Below, in pieces: positions 24,905 to 37,039 of a stretch of DNA of 64,000 nt (position 1 is its first letter; every line of letters starts with the position of its first letter). The notes under the pieces were generated by a model, which was given only the letters and a program-made list of their open reading frames with translations, had not been told where the DNA came from and did not search any database. A program made the position numbers and the translations under genes. This DNA comes from Octopus bimaculoides (lineage: Eukaryota), in the NCBI RefSeq assembly GCF_001194135.2, contig NC_068996.1, positions 2,442,522 to 2,506,521 on the forward strand, in the 5' to 3' direction.

Positions 24905-26852
24905 TACACACTCAAAATCATAAATCAATGTCTTAGTAAATTATATTGGCTTGAAGTTTTAACTCAACCAGTTCTTCCATTTGCAAATAATTTTTAATAT
25001 AAACTCTTGCACCTTTAATCTCATTTTCTTTCCTAATACTTATTTTCCGCCAAGGATAAATTAATATTTATCAATGTAATTTGTTTAAAATTTTTTTTTT
25101 TATTTCTTTTCTTTTTGTCTGCTGAAGAGGAAGGGTTTCAGACATAACATGTGAAAAATTTTCTTAAAAGTGGAAAGCTAGGGAGGGTAGATTAGATTTG
25201 TATGTTCAATGTTACATTTGTACAGTTGAAAGTTTATAATGCAAAATTTACATGGGCAGGAATGCAAGTTTGCAGTTGGTAAAAATTGTCTTCTGCAGTT
25301 TAGGAAAAGTGGTATGTTTTGGTCGGCAAGAAGCAAGTGCAAGCGATTTCAGAGTTGGAGGTGAAAGTTGGAGCACTGTTCTTATATTATCTATGCATTT
25401 TGCAAATCCCCTTGAATTTTCTTAATCAGTGCCTTGTTCAGAAATGAGGTGTGTTAAGACATTTCTAATCTTATAATAACTTTTAAGAAACAAATTTGGG
25501 TTAAAACATCAGCCTGTACTTTGTCAGTTACTATTCAAAGCAATAAGGGTTCCATGTGATTACACAGGCTAGAAATGGCAGCCAAACCCATCTCAACTTG
25601 CAGCCTGTCTGTAAAATTGAAGGAAACATTGGATAATGTTGTTTTAAATATAAAATTTTCCAATGAAGAATGTGATGGTTATGGGGTGGAATGTATTTGG
25701 CCATAAATGTGACAAGGGATGGCTTTAGGTTGAGCAACAATGGCTATCTCTAGATTACAATAATAATGCCAACCATTTAACTATACATATTTGCACATTA
25801 TCTGTGCAATACATGGAGTTGCATTGTATTCACATCACCTCATCAAAACACAGACTCAATAAACCTCTCTGTACAATATCTGTAGTTGTGTCACAGTGAA
25901 TCACTACATTTTATCCTTCCAATATCTGTAGCTCTCTTACATTTAATGCATTTTTACATAGTTCTTACCAGTTTCTTCTGTTACATTGACCAACCTTATG
26001 TAATTCCAATTGCTGGAGATAAATATTAGATTGTAATGTTTTGTTTTTTAATAAGTTAATGACTCAAGTAATGGCTGTGCTCCTCATATTCTTCAGGGAA
26101 TGCAAAACTTGTTGCAAGTTGGTGCAGGGAAAGAAAAACCAGTCATGGGATATTGTTTTTGCCATCTTTTAGACATAGTCAGCTCTGATTAAGCAAACCT
26201 ATGATGGAAAGTAGTCCACCTGTAATCATCTTTCAAGGACTGCATTGCTATTTAAGGTCATAAATTTGATTTTAAGGGACCTTTGTCTAATATTTGTTGC
26301 TAGTTGAGAAACAAAATATTGGTTCTTTCATTTTTCTGCTCTGAATGCATGCAACTTTATTTAAAGGTAATCAAAGGCTGTGGTGTTAAACTTGGGTTAC
26401 ATCTAAAGAAAAAGTACTACCATTTGATAAGATTTCACAGAGTTTATCTCCATCCACTTTCACTCACAACATCAATGTAGAAGTGGCACTGGGTTAAAAG
26501 ACATTTGTTCAAGGTAGTGTGTTATGGTTTTGAACCTGGATCCATCTAATTTTGAAGCAAACTTTTAAAACACATGGCCATATGAGCTACTTGACAATGT
26601 GGAGTAACAACAAAAGACTAAGCATAAAGAACATATCAGGCCCAACAGAATCTAATTGGTTGGTTATTTCTGGAGCATTGATAGTTTCCTTATTCTCTAT
26701 GCCTGGGCTGCTTATTCTGAAATATTAAAATTGACAGCTGTCTATGAAGGTAATAAATGTTGTATAGAATGTTTTGTTACTTTTAATAAAATGCCTTGTT
26801 ATCCATGTTCCTTATATACTTTTGTAATTATATATTTGTATATTTGCTTCAG

Positions 26853-26979
26853 ACTACTCAACGTCCACTTAGCTTTCGGGAACAAAGGTTTCGAGATTTT
26901 GCTTCAGTTGAATATGAAGGTCATTTATACATGACACCTCAAGACTTTCTAGAATCAGTTTTGGAAGACACCCCAAGAT
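26853..26979 (+). CDS. MICU3: Internal coding exon (127 nt, phase 0 to 1) of a mitochondrial calcium uptake protein of the MICU2/MICU3 clade
   Basis: Acceptor ttgcttcAG at 26851-26852 and donor GTAAGT at 26980. Translation TTQRPLSFREQRFRDFASVEYEGHLYMTPQDFLESVLEDTPR matches the recalled MICU3/MICU2 motif 'RE.RF..FAS.E..G.LYMTP.DF..SV'. MICU3 is preferred over MICU2 by resemblance only. Confidence 0.85.
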
Positions 26980-27559
26980 GTAAGTTGTAATTCTTTAGTA
27001 CATTATTTAAACATGAGAAGAGGAATGCCATTCATTGTTTACACATTCAGTATTATTTATATTACTATAATTTTATATATATATGGATTCAGGAAAACGC
27101 TTTTTTGCTTCAGTAATAGCTACTCACATATGGTTTAATTCCCCACTGCATTTAATATTTACATGTATTTAATCATGCAATAACCTTTCAATTCTAGGTT
27201 AAATAACAACACAAACACACGCACGCGCATGCACACACACACACACACTATGAATTTGTGGTTCTAGTATTTACTTTGTTTTCTTTGCTATTAAGAAGCC
27301 CAAAGTTTCCATGCTAAAATACCAGTATAAGTTGTAGATAAATTATATAAATTGACATGAATATTGTGCAATCTTATTGCTATTCTTCTGACTGTTAAAT
27401 TGTACTTTTAAATGATTCAGATGTGTGTGTGTGTGTGTGTGTATCAATGGATGTATTTATTTCTTGATTATTTTAATGCCCACTTTTTGCATGGGTCAGC
27501 AGAAACTTGTAGTTAGATGCTTTTGTTGTTGTTAACCCTCACTTATTTCCAAATGGGAT

Positions 27560-27720
27560 ATTTTCCCGAGTCCTGTGAACAACAGCAAACCTCAGTCAGT
27601 TGAGGAATTAAGAAGCAGCTGTTGTGTAGATGCATGGGGGCCTTCAAACAAGTTTCTGCCCACATGCCAGCTTCTTTGCAGAGTGAGAAGCATGAGTGAC
27701 AGGTGCATGAATAATAGTGT
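27560..27720 (+). mobile_element. Possible Tc1/mariner transposase C-terminal relic
   Basis: WDIF..PVNNSKPQSVEELR...DAW...VRSMSDRC loosely resembles Tc1/mariner C-termini. Confidence 0.3.
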
Positions 27721-27904
27721 TGAGTGGGATTTGTGATGGGGGCGGGGTGGAATGAAAAAGTACTCAGTGTATTCAAGGCAACATGACTGACATTGCAGGG
27801 AGGTGACAGATGTCTGTGTCACTTCTCTAAGTATATGTGTATGTCTGTGTATAGATACATACATATGTATGTGGGTGTTTACACACACAGTGTTTCTGTA
27901 TCTA

Positions 27905-27948
<44 letters not shown>

Positions 27949-28042
27949 TGTTTGTCACACACACACAGAGTTCAAATAAAAATAAAATTGACAAGAGGAT
28001 GCGTACAAGGAATGTATTAGTTTGATAATGAAATTAGTATCT

Positions 28043-28325
28043 AATGGACCATCTGAAGCGGTTGCATCCGTTTTAGGATTTTCATTTCAGAGCACCTGCA
28101 ATAGTGAAACTGCAAGTTCACCTGCCAGATGAACATGAACTAAGAGTATTGCTCAGAAATTGTGTGGATATATATGTCTGTCAATGAATTTCATATGAGA
28201 ACAACATTGACAGAATTCTTATCATTGATGACTTTGCAAAAACATTACTTTATGCTGAAGTAGCCATGTATTTTACTTGGCACAGTAGTAACACAATGAA
28301 TGGCAAAGAAAAAAAGTGAGGCAAA
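28043..28325 (+). mobile_element. Helitron Rep/helicase coding relic
   Basis: Frameshifted peptides GPSEAVASVLGF, APAIVKLQVHLPDEH, RTTLTEF and DDFAKTLLYAEVAMYFTW follow the order of the conserved Helitron region between Rep and helicase. Confidence 0.75.
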
Positions 28326-28544
28326 AAAGTTGGAGAACTGTATTATTTATGAATTTTATTGCATGAAGTTTGAAATATATTTTTCCTTTCTCAGTGAGCA
28401 TTGACATTTTCAACTTGGAGCGGTTGTGACTTAATGGGTCATGGGGGTACATTTAGTATACAATATTTTAGTTTTATTAAAAATGAAAACATTCACAAAC
28501 TGGTTTAGCAATTTCTCATCTCCAATCTCTAGATCATTAGTTTC

Positions 28545-28890
28545 AAAAAGTTTTAATTACACTTGTATAGACTTTCATCCATTCTTCCTTCATTTTGATT
28601 ATCAACTGCCAAAGTGTGTACTTTGTACACACTTTCTGATACCTCAAAATCGTTCATCATCTGTAAAGCATTATGACCACAGTCCAGTTGTGCAATAAGC
28701 TCATGTGACTTGTCTGTCCATCGAATTCCGTTTGTCCATTCACTGGCAGTTTATGTCCGTGTTCACAGTTGATGGTCTCATCTGTATGATTTTTCTTCGA
28801 TGCTGGTTCTTCTTACATTAAGCTTTTTCATCCAGCAGTGTACGTGGCTCCTGTCAGTGGTGTCATCTCCTTGTTGGTCAGCTTGCAGTT
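28545..28890 (-). mobile_element. Mariner transposase N-terminal (HTH) relic
   Basis: GDDTTDRSHVHCWMKKLNVRRTSIEEK and HELIAQLDCGHNALQMMNDF match the mariner N-terminal architecture. Confidence 0.65.
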
Positions 28891-30636
28891 ATATAGTAGA
28901 GGAAACCAACTGACAGTTTTCACATAATGGGGCTGAACCCCTAGACAACCGGTTCTTAAGTAACTTTTTAAAAACACACTTTTATCTATGTTTCATTTAT
29001 GCATTACAGTTTTATTTTTTATTTTATTTATTTATTTATTTATTTTTGTGTGCATGCCTTATTGCACCTGAAGATGTTTTCAGTTTGTTTTCCAATTTGC
29101 ATTTCTGTATTCAAATCTGAATTCATTATCATTTGCATTTCAGCTTCAACAATTATAAAAATAACATTTTTGTTAATTGAGAATTTTTTTCATTTTCTGC
29201 AATTTCATCTGCTCCATCTTGGCCATCATCCTCATTATACACACATTACTGTTGCTCTGAATTTAATTGGTCTTCATTCTTTACGTCCACTTTTTATGTG
29301 TATCAGATAATTCTCTGGGTTTACTTATTGTCTATTTTAAATGTTTTCAAATGGTATCATTCTGTAACTTGAGCCTCAGTTCTTTGAAAATTATTTGAGC
29401 TGTTAGAAATTAAATTCTCTGAAATATAATTAAATATTCTCCAATGCATTCTTTATGTTAGAATTTATCCAAATAGCTGCAAGATTAATTTCATTTTCTC
29501 CATTGCTTTTTCAATAGTAATAGAAACAGTTTTTGCTCTATCATCTTTGGAACTTCTCCAGATATACTATTCACCATCCCATTATTAATGGCAGCTGTTC
29601 ACTTGGGGAATCGGCTTGATGTCTGTTGTGTGCATTTGAAAGAGAGTTAATATGATTGTTTGTGGATGGTCAAGGAGTTCTCTTGCATGGCAAAACTCCT
29701 ACATGACCACACCTCTGCTGTCATCATCATCATCATCATCATTTAACATTTGCCTTCCATGCTGGCATGGGTGGGGCGGTTTGACAGGAGCTGGCTAGGC
29801 AGAAGCCTGCACCAGACTTCTGTAACTGTTTTGGCAGGATTTTTACAGCTGGATGCCCTTCCTAACACCAACCACTCAGCATTTTGTATTGTTTCTGTTT
29901 TTAATTCAGAGTTTCTTTTCTTCTAAATGTATTGCTTTTGTTGTTGTAAGTAGAGTCTTCATTTCCTTGGCACAGTTAAAGCTATTTTCCTTTTTGCTAA
30001 TTGTTGAATTAGTCTTGAGTAGCCAACTTTGCAGATGTTTCATCTTCACTAAGATTGTGAGACCATGTGTGTCTCTCTCTCTCTCAAGGGAGGAGTTTTA
30101 TTTGTTAATTAACCTTTCCTCACACTGAAGCTGGTAACTGACTGATCTCTTGATAGTTGTCACAGCCACATTAAAATTTAGGATTAGGGTACCAGTTAGA
30201 GTGGAATATATTTAGCTACCATACACATAGTTTAGAGTACTGGGCATAGGACGATGGAGTCCACGTCTGTGTTCTGCATAAGTCTATTTGCTAGCTCTTC
30301 TCTGCAATTTTGTCACTGCTGATTGAATGTGATAAAATTTCTACTGCAAATTCTTCAACTGTTGACTTTCAACAACTCACAAACTATTTATTGAAAGTCA
30401 ACTTGTACATCTCCATCAAATTAATAAATATCAGGTTATCACATCAAAGCTGAATACTAAATGTGTTACAATTTATGAATGTATAATTTCTTCTAGTAAT
30501 CTCCGTTTCAATAAATCTCAAGAAATATGCATGAGAACTGGAACATTCTAATCAGTAATTGTTAGACAATAACTTCTTATTTTCAAATTGGTGTTATGTG
30601 CTAAATTTCAAATGCAAGTCTCATTAATATGCATTC

Positions 30637-30667
<31 letters not shown>

Positions 30668-31169
30668 NNNNNNNNNNNNNNNNNNNNNNNNNNNNNNNNN
30701 NNNNATAATGAAATATCATAACAGGATTGTAAATCTGCCATGATTAATGCCAAAGGTCTTTAACTATTATTTTTATATAAGTTGATTATATATTTGGAGA
30801 AATCAGGATTGTTATATTTTCTGATGTAGATTTTAAGCATCATTTGATTAATTTTCTCTTTCATGTATCATTCTGACCATCTTAAGCTGTTTACAATGTT
30901 AGTGCCACAGCCGTTCTGAATTATGCATGGAAATATTCAACATAAAAACAAAAACACCTACCACCATCAAAAAGAAGAAAAAGACAGAAACGCTAACTAA
31001 GAGAGACAGGTCATAATGTGGTGCTCCAGCTTGTCTACAATTTAGAATGCTGTAAATTAGTTACAGAACTGATATTGATGTTAGAGCAAGTTTTGCATCT
31101 GTATTTACAGAGAGAAGTTATTAAATGTCAGAACTCATAACTGGTTGTTAATCATTGATATACACATTC

Positions 31170-31510
31170 AGTTCTACAATACTGCCACATATCTGCAATG
31201 TCCCTTCTATTCTGCAATATAGCTAGATGTCTACTTTATAACATTTATTCTACATCACAGCTAGATGTCTACACTATATCACCTATTCTACATCACAGCT
31301 AGATGTCTACACGATATCACCTATTCTACATCATAGCTAGATGTCTACCCTACGCCATTTATTTGCATCACAGTTGCTTCACACTATTTTACATCATTGA
31401 TGGCTGCCTATACTACACCATTTATTCTACTTATTAGCTGGGTGCCTAGTCTGTGCCAGTATTGGATGGGAAGTCAGCACCATGATTCCTGTACAATAGC
31501 TAGATGTGTC
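31170..31510. repeat. 38-bp minisatellite, about 7 diverging copies
   Basis: Unit tattctacatcacagctagatgtctacactatatcacc; central copies at about 31246-31360 are near-identical. Confidence 0.9.
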
Positions 31511-31954
31511 AAGAAATAAGGAAAAGCTGATTTATTTAACAAATAAACTATTAAAAAAATATATATATAAAGGAAAAGACATCTACTCACAGTTGACCCA
31601 GTCTCCTAAGGTACACCAATATTCTATGTGAGATATGTTCTATTTAAGGTCACCTGTTTGTTGGTTCAACCAGATGTTTTCTCTATTGCTCCTTTGGGAC
31701 ATTTGGTACTTCTAAATTTTTTATTTAATTTTATTTTTTACAAGATTAGATTTCACATTTCTAATCATATATTTAAGTATATTTTAGGTATTTTCTTTTC
31801 ATTTGACAAAAAAATGCACAACACAAAACCTAAATGTTCTGTGCATGTATGTGTGTGTATATAAATACACACACACACATACACACATGTATGTGTGTAT
31901 GTATATGTATTTATGTGTGTATGTATGTGAGTGCCTGTGTGTGTGTGTATATTC

Positions 31955-32385
31955 TTTAATTCTTTTATTTGTTTCAGTCATTTGACTGCGGCCATGCTGG
32001 AGCACCACCTTTAGTCAACCAAACTGACCCCAGAACTTACTCTTTTTAAGTCTAGTACTTATTCTATTGATCTCTTTTGCCGAACCACTAAGTTACGAGG
32101 ATGTAAACTCACCAATGCCAGTTGTCAGGCAATGTTGTGGGGACAGACAGACAGACACACACACACACACGCACACACGCTCCAGCATCGGTTGTCAAGC
32201 AATGGTGGAGGGACAAACACACACACACACACACACATATATACATATACAATGGGCTTCTTTCAGTTTCCGTCTACCAAATCCACTCACAAAGCTTTAG
32301 ATAGCCCTACGCTATAGTAGAATACACTTGCCCAAGGTGCCACGCTGTGGGACTGAACCCGGAACCATGTGGTTGAGAAGCATAA
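31955..32385 (-). mobile_element. Near full-length tRNA-derived octopus-type SINE
   Basis: Minus strand has a B-box-like ggttccgggttcagtccc, central 'gctttgtgagtggatttggtagacggaaactgaaagaagccc', internal (CA)n and a 3' end ...gactgaaacaa. Confidence 0.85.
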
Positions 32386-33359
32386 AAAAGTACTCAATAC
32401 CATAGTAGAATTTAATATTTCATTTTGGTAGGCTCACTGTTCTGCTACTCTCAGTTTAACCTGTGGGTGCTTGGGGTATTCAGACGAGTTGGAGAAAGAC
32501 ATAGGGTGATAGCTGTTGGTGAATGGGGTGAGAGAAAGAAAGGCTATAGGCAGCGCTCTGAAGGTGGTGAGGGTAGCTGTTGAATGTTGAAGTGTGATAA
32601 GAGATTGCAGAGATGAAGTGTGGTGAGCAGAAGAAAAAGTGGGGAGGTTGAGGAGAGGAAACAATGAAAGGGAAAAAAAGGGGAGAGTTGAAAGAAAAAG
32701 TAGTGAAAGCATATTGGGCAGAATGGCTGAGGAGAGGGGATTTGTAGGAGAGGAGAGAAGTGGGAAAGGGATTCTAGATGAATTCCAGTTGGAACATCCC
32801 AGACATCAATATTTCTCTTATTTAGTGTTCATTTTGACAGCTTTACCCAAAATTCTACATTTTGAGATCCGTTTTTATCACTTCACCTATTTGTTACCAT
32901 ATTTCTGTTGAGATGCTCTGTGTCTCTTTCAATTATTTTAAATATAACAAAGAATTTAGTAAAATAACTTAGTTATCATTAAGCTGGTGTTAGGAACATA
33001 AATTGGGACAAAGGTTTGGTAGAAGATTTTAATTCAGAACTTTTGAAAACAAGACATTTGTACTACAAAACCAGAGGCACTTTCAGCCTGGTTGGTATCG
33101 AAAGGGTTAATCTGATGAAACCATGTGATTGGGAAGGAAACTTCATAACCACACAGCCTCTGTATGTGTGTGTGTGTGTGTGTGAAAATGAGATTGAAAA
33201 ATTTTATGGTGTTATTCACCATTACATGTGTTTCATTTGCTAATAGGAGTTACAAAATTGTAATTGTAGTAGAAAATGTATAAGATATCTCCTAGTAGAA
33301 ATTCTTCCAAGAACCAATATTCTATGCATTCCTGCATTACTGTCTGTTTTGTAACACTA

Positions 33360-33825
33360 ATGCCATGGGAAGTAATGAATGGAATGGAGAACTACGGACC
33401 GAGACCTTTGGAAATGGGCTGTGCGTGAGAAGACCCGGCAAGCCAAGTAAGATCGTTGCCAGTGCCCCTGGACTGGTTCTTGTGCGGTTGGCACATGAGA
33501 TGCACCATTTTGAGCGTGGCCGTTGCCAGTACCGCCTGACTGGCTCCTGTAGGATTTTCGAGCGAGATCGTTGCCAGTGCCCCTGGACTGGCTTGTGCGG
33601 GTGGCACATAAAAGACACCATTTCGAGCGTGGCCGTTTTCGTGCGGGTGACACGTAAAAGCACCCACTACACTCTCTGAGTGGTTGGCGTTAGGAAGGGC
33701 ATCCAGCTGTAGAAACTCTGCCAAATCAGACTGGAGCCTGGTGTTGCCATCCGGTTTCACCAGTCCTCAGTCAAATCGTCCAACCCATGCTAGCATGGAA
33801 AGCGGACGTTAAACGATGATGATGA

Positions 33826-33830
<5 letters not shown>
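33360..33830 (+). mobile_element. 5'-truncated RTE LINE 3' end with GC-rich subrepeats and (GAT)n tail
   Basis: Last ORF2 codons (gaccgagacctttgg...gagaagacccggc), tandem 'gttgccagtgcccctggactgg' units and the terminal module. Confidence 0.85.
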
Positions 33831-33859
<29 letters not shown>

Positions 33860-34066
33860 TCTTTACTCTTTTACTTGTTTCAGTCATTTGACTGCAGCCA
33901 TGCTGGAGCACTGCCTTTTAGTCGAGCAAATCCACCCCAGGACTTATTCTTTGGAAGCCTAGTACTTATTCTATCGATCTGTTTTGCTGAACCGCTAATG
34001 TTACGGGGACGTAAACCCACCAGCATCAGTTGTCAAGCGATGTTGGGGGGACAAACACAGACACAA

Positions 34067-34105
<39 letters not shown>
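33860..34105 (-). mobile_element. tRNA-derived SINE, 3' half, running into an N-gap
   Basis: Same family as 31955-32385. Confidence 0.8.
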
Positions 34106-34586
34106 NNNNNNNNNNNNNNNNNNNNNNNNNNNNNNNNNNNNNNNNNNNNNNNNNNNNNNNNNNNNNNNNNNNNNNNNNNNNNNNNNNNNNNNNNNNNNNN
34201 NNNNNNNNNNNNNNNNNNNNNNNNNNNNNNNNNNNNNNNNNNNNNNNNNNNNNNNNNNNNNNNNNNNNNNNNNNNNNNNNNNNNNNNNNNNNNNNNNNNN
34301 NNNNNNNNNNNNNNNNNNNNNNNNNNNNNNNNNNNNNNNNNNNNNNNNNNNNNNNNAAACAATAAACGTTAATTATAAATTAGAAAATTATAATAATATT
34401 AGGGACAAAATCCAAAATTACAGGTAAAAACTCAATTAAAATCAATTTATAAAAAATTAAAATTAAATTGAGCTTTACAAAGTAAAATATATATAAATAT
34501 ATAGTTTTAGGGAAAAGAACCAAGTTTCATGAACTCATCAATGAAAATCCACTGTCACATATGTATATATATATATATATATATAT

Positions 34587-36765
34587 ACTAGCAACTAAAC
34601 CCGGTTTCACCCGGTCTGTTTGGATGATGTGGCTGTGATTGTTTTCGGTTAGGCATAATCTATAACAGTGTTTCTCAACCTGATCATTTCGTGTCCCGTT
34701 TCAATTGCTAAGTGGAGCAGTATGGAATAAGTAATTGTTATACGTTGTTGTGAAGAAAGAATTTGTAGGTTGTCTTTTTCTTAGAACTATTCTATTGGAC
34801 CTCTGTCTAATCACGTCTTTTAAGGGACACACACATGCATAGAAAATGTGATGTCATGGTAGAAAATGTTTATGATAGTTGATTTATGGAGAAGATTATG
34901 TTAAATGTTTCAAATGCAAATCTGTGAATGAAAATTAATTTCAGATCTCTACACGGTAGGTAAACCTTGTAGAAATATCAGCCAAATGGGAAGAATTTAC
35001 GGGGAAATTGTATGCAAGAAGTAAAGCAGAAATGAATTGTAACTGTACTGCCAAAGTTCTGCAACTTAATAGCAGATACATCCAACTTAAAGAAAGTGAA
35101 GATAAAAGTTAAGTGGAGAATGATGGAATAAGTTATTCGTATCCAAAAACGGGGATTTTTGGCAAAAGAAGTTTCAGAAATAAAGAAATATGGGAGAAAA
35201 AGTGGTGGTGGGTGGGCGGAAGTGTTTCCAAAATATCTTTGCAGGAAACAACTTCAGGAGTTTTGAAGAAAGAATTTCTAGGTAGTCTGTTTCTGAGAAG
35301 TATTTTATTGGACCTGTGTAATCACGTATTTTAAGGTACACACACATACATAGAAAATGTGAGGTGATGGTAGAAAATTTTTACGATAGTTGATTTATGG
35401 AAAAGATTATGTTAAATGTTTGAAATGCAAATCTGTAAATGGAAAAGAAGTTCAGACCTCTGCATGATAGGTAGACCTGGTAGAAATAGCAGGCAAATCT
35501 CCCTCAAAACACCCCTACTGTATTAATGCTACAATTCTGCGTATTATGTAGTTTGAATGAGAAACTGTAACGTGTATGAGCAAGTGGTGTTAATGGCAGA
35601 AGAAAGGGTAATTGCATGTGAGGTCATGGTAGAAAATTTTTACGATAGTTGATTTATGGAATAGATTATGTTAAATGTTTGAAATGCAAATCTGTGAATG
35701 AAAAATAAGTTCAGACCTCTACATGGTAGGTAGACCAGGTAGAAATAGCAGCCAAATCTCCCTCAAAACNNNNNNNNNNNNNNNNNNNNNNNNNNNNNNN
35801 NNNNNNNNNNNNNNNNNNNNNNNNNNNNNNNNNNNNNNNNNNNNNNNNNNNNNNNNNNNNNNNNNNNNNNNNNNNNNNNNNNNNNNNNNNNNNNNNNNNN
35901 NNNNNNNNNNNNNNNNNNNNNNNNNNNNNNNNNNNNNNNNNNNNNNNNNNNNNNNNNNNNNNNNNNNNNNNNNNNNNNNNNNNNNNNNNNNNNNNNNNNN
36001 NNNNNNNNNNNNNNNNNNNNNNNNNNNNNNNNNNNNNNNNNNNNNNNNNNNNNNNNNNNNNNNNNNNNNNNNNNNNNNNNNNNNNNNNNNNNNNNNNNNN
36101 NNNNNNNNNNNNNNNNNNNNNNNNNNNNNNNNNNNNNNNNNNNNNNNNNNNNNNNNNNNNNNNNNNNNNNNNNNNNNNNNNNNNNNNNNNNNNNNNNNNN
36201 NNNNNNNNNNNNNNNNNNNNNNNNNNNNNNNNNNNNNNNNNNNNNNNNNNNNNNNNNNNNNNNNNNNNNNNNNNNNNNNNNNNNNNNNNNNNNNNNNNNN
36301 NNNNNNNNNNNNNNNNNNNNNNNNNNNNNNNNNNNNNNNNNNNNNNNNNNNNNNNNNNNNNNNNNNNNNNNNNNNNNNNNNNNNNNNNNNNNNNNNNNNA
36401 GTGTGTATGTTTGATGGGGTGTGCGCGACAAAGTAATGTTGATGGTGTGTGTGTATATGAGAGAGAGAGAGAGAAAAAGAGAGAGAGAGATAAATGAAAT
36501 TTATCGTTCAGTTTATTTATTTATTATGTATATATGTATGAATGGCTTCAGTGACATACACTCACATACACGCACGCATGCACGCAGGTTGTTTTAATTG
36601 ATTTTCTCTGTAAGTATGGGGGCTAGGGAAAAAATGGAAAGCACGTTCCAATCTATCTCCACATGTGTGCCATTTTTCACGCGAATCCTCCCAGCCGTTT
36701 GGCCGTGAACTTCAAGACAAGAAAGACTACAATGGTCGGCCAACTTCAATTTATATTATATAATA
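34587..36765 (+). mobile_element. Non-autonomous Helitron-like element with internal repeats, inserted in (TA)n
   Basis: 5' ACTAGC...ACCCGGTTTCACCCGG; 3' TTCACG...CAGCCGTTTGGCCGTGAA...TTTATATTATA; repeated internal blocks starting at about 34750, 35263 and 35612, then a 630-N gap. Confidence 0.6.
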
Positions 36766-37039
36766 TATATATGTGAACTCTTATGCATACCTCACACAAA
36801 TATTATCTCTACATATGACTTTGGATTACTGGAATAAAGAGTTGTGCTTCAAGAAATAACAGCTTGGATTATAACCTTATCTACATAATATGTTGATAGG
36901 GTTATAATCCAAGAGAGGTTCATAGTCAGCAACTACAGAAGTATTTAGCTAAAAGTAAACCATTGTAGTTAGCATTCATTGACCTGGGGAATGGGTTCCT
37001 CAGTCATCATCATCAAAGGTAAGAGTAGATGAGTGGCTA

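Noticed and set aside
30361-30402. 12-bp inverted repeat GTTGACTTTCAA...TTGAAAGTCAAC
   Set aside because: It is short and isolated, with no target-site duplication or other supporting structure.
32290-32385. tRNA gene interpretation of SINE heads
   Set aside because: Only a B-box-like remnant is present, with no complete cloverleaf, and it is attached to a SINE body.
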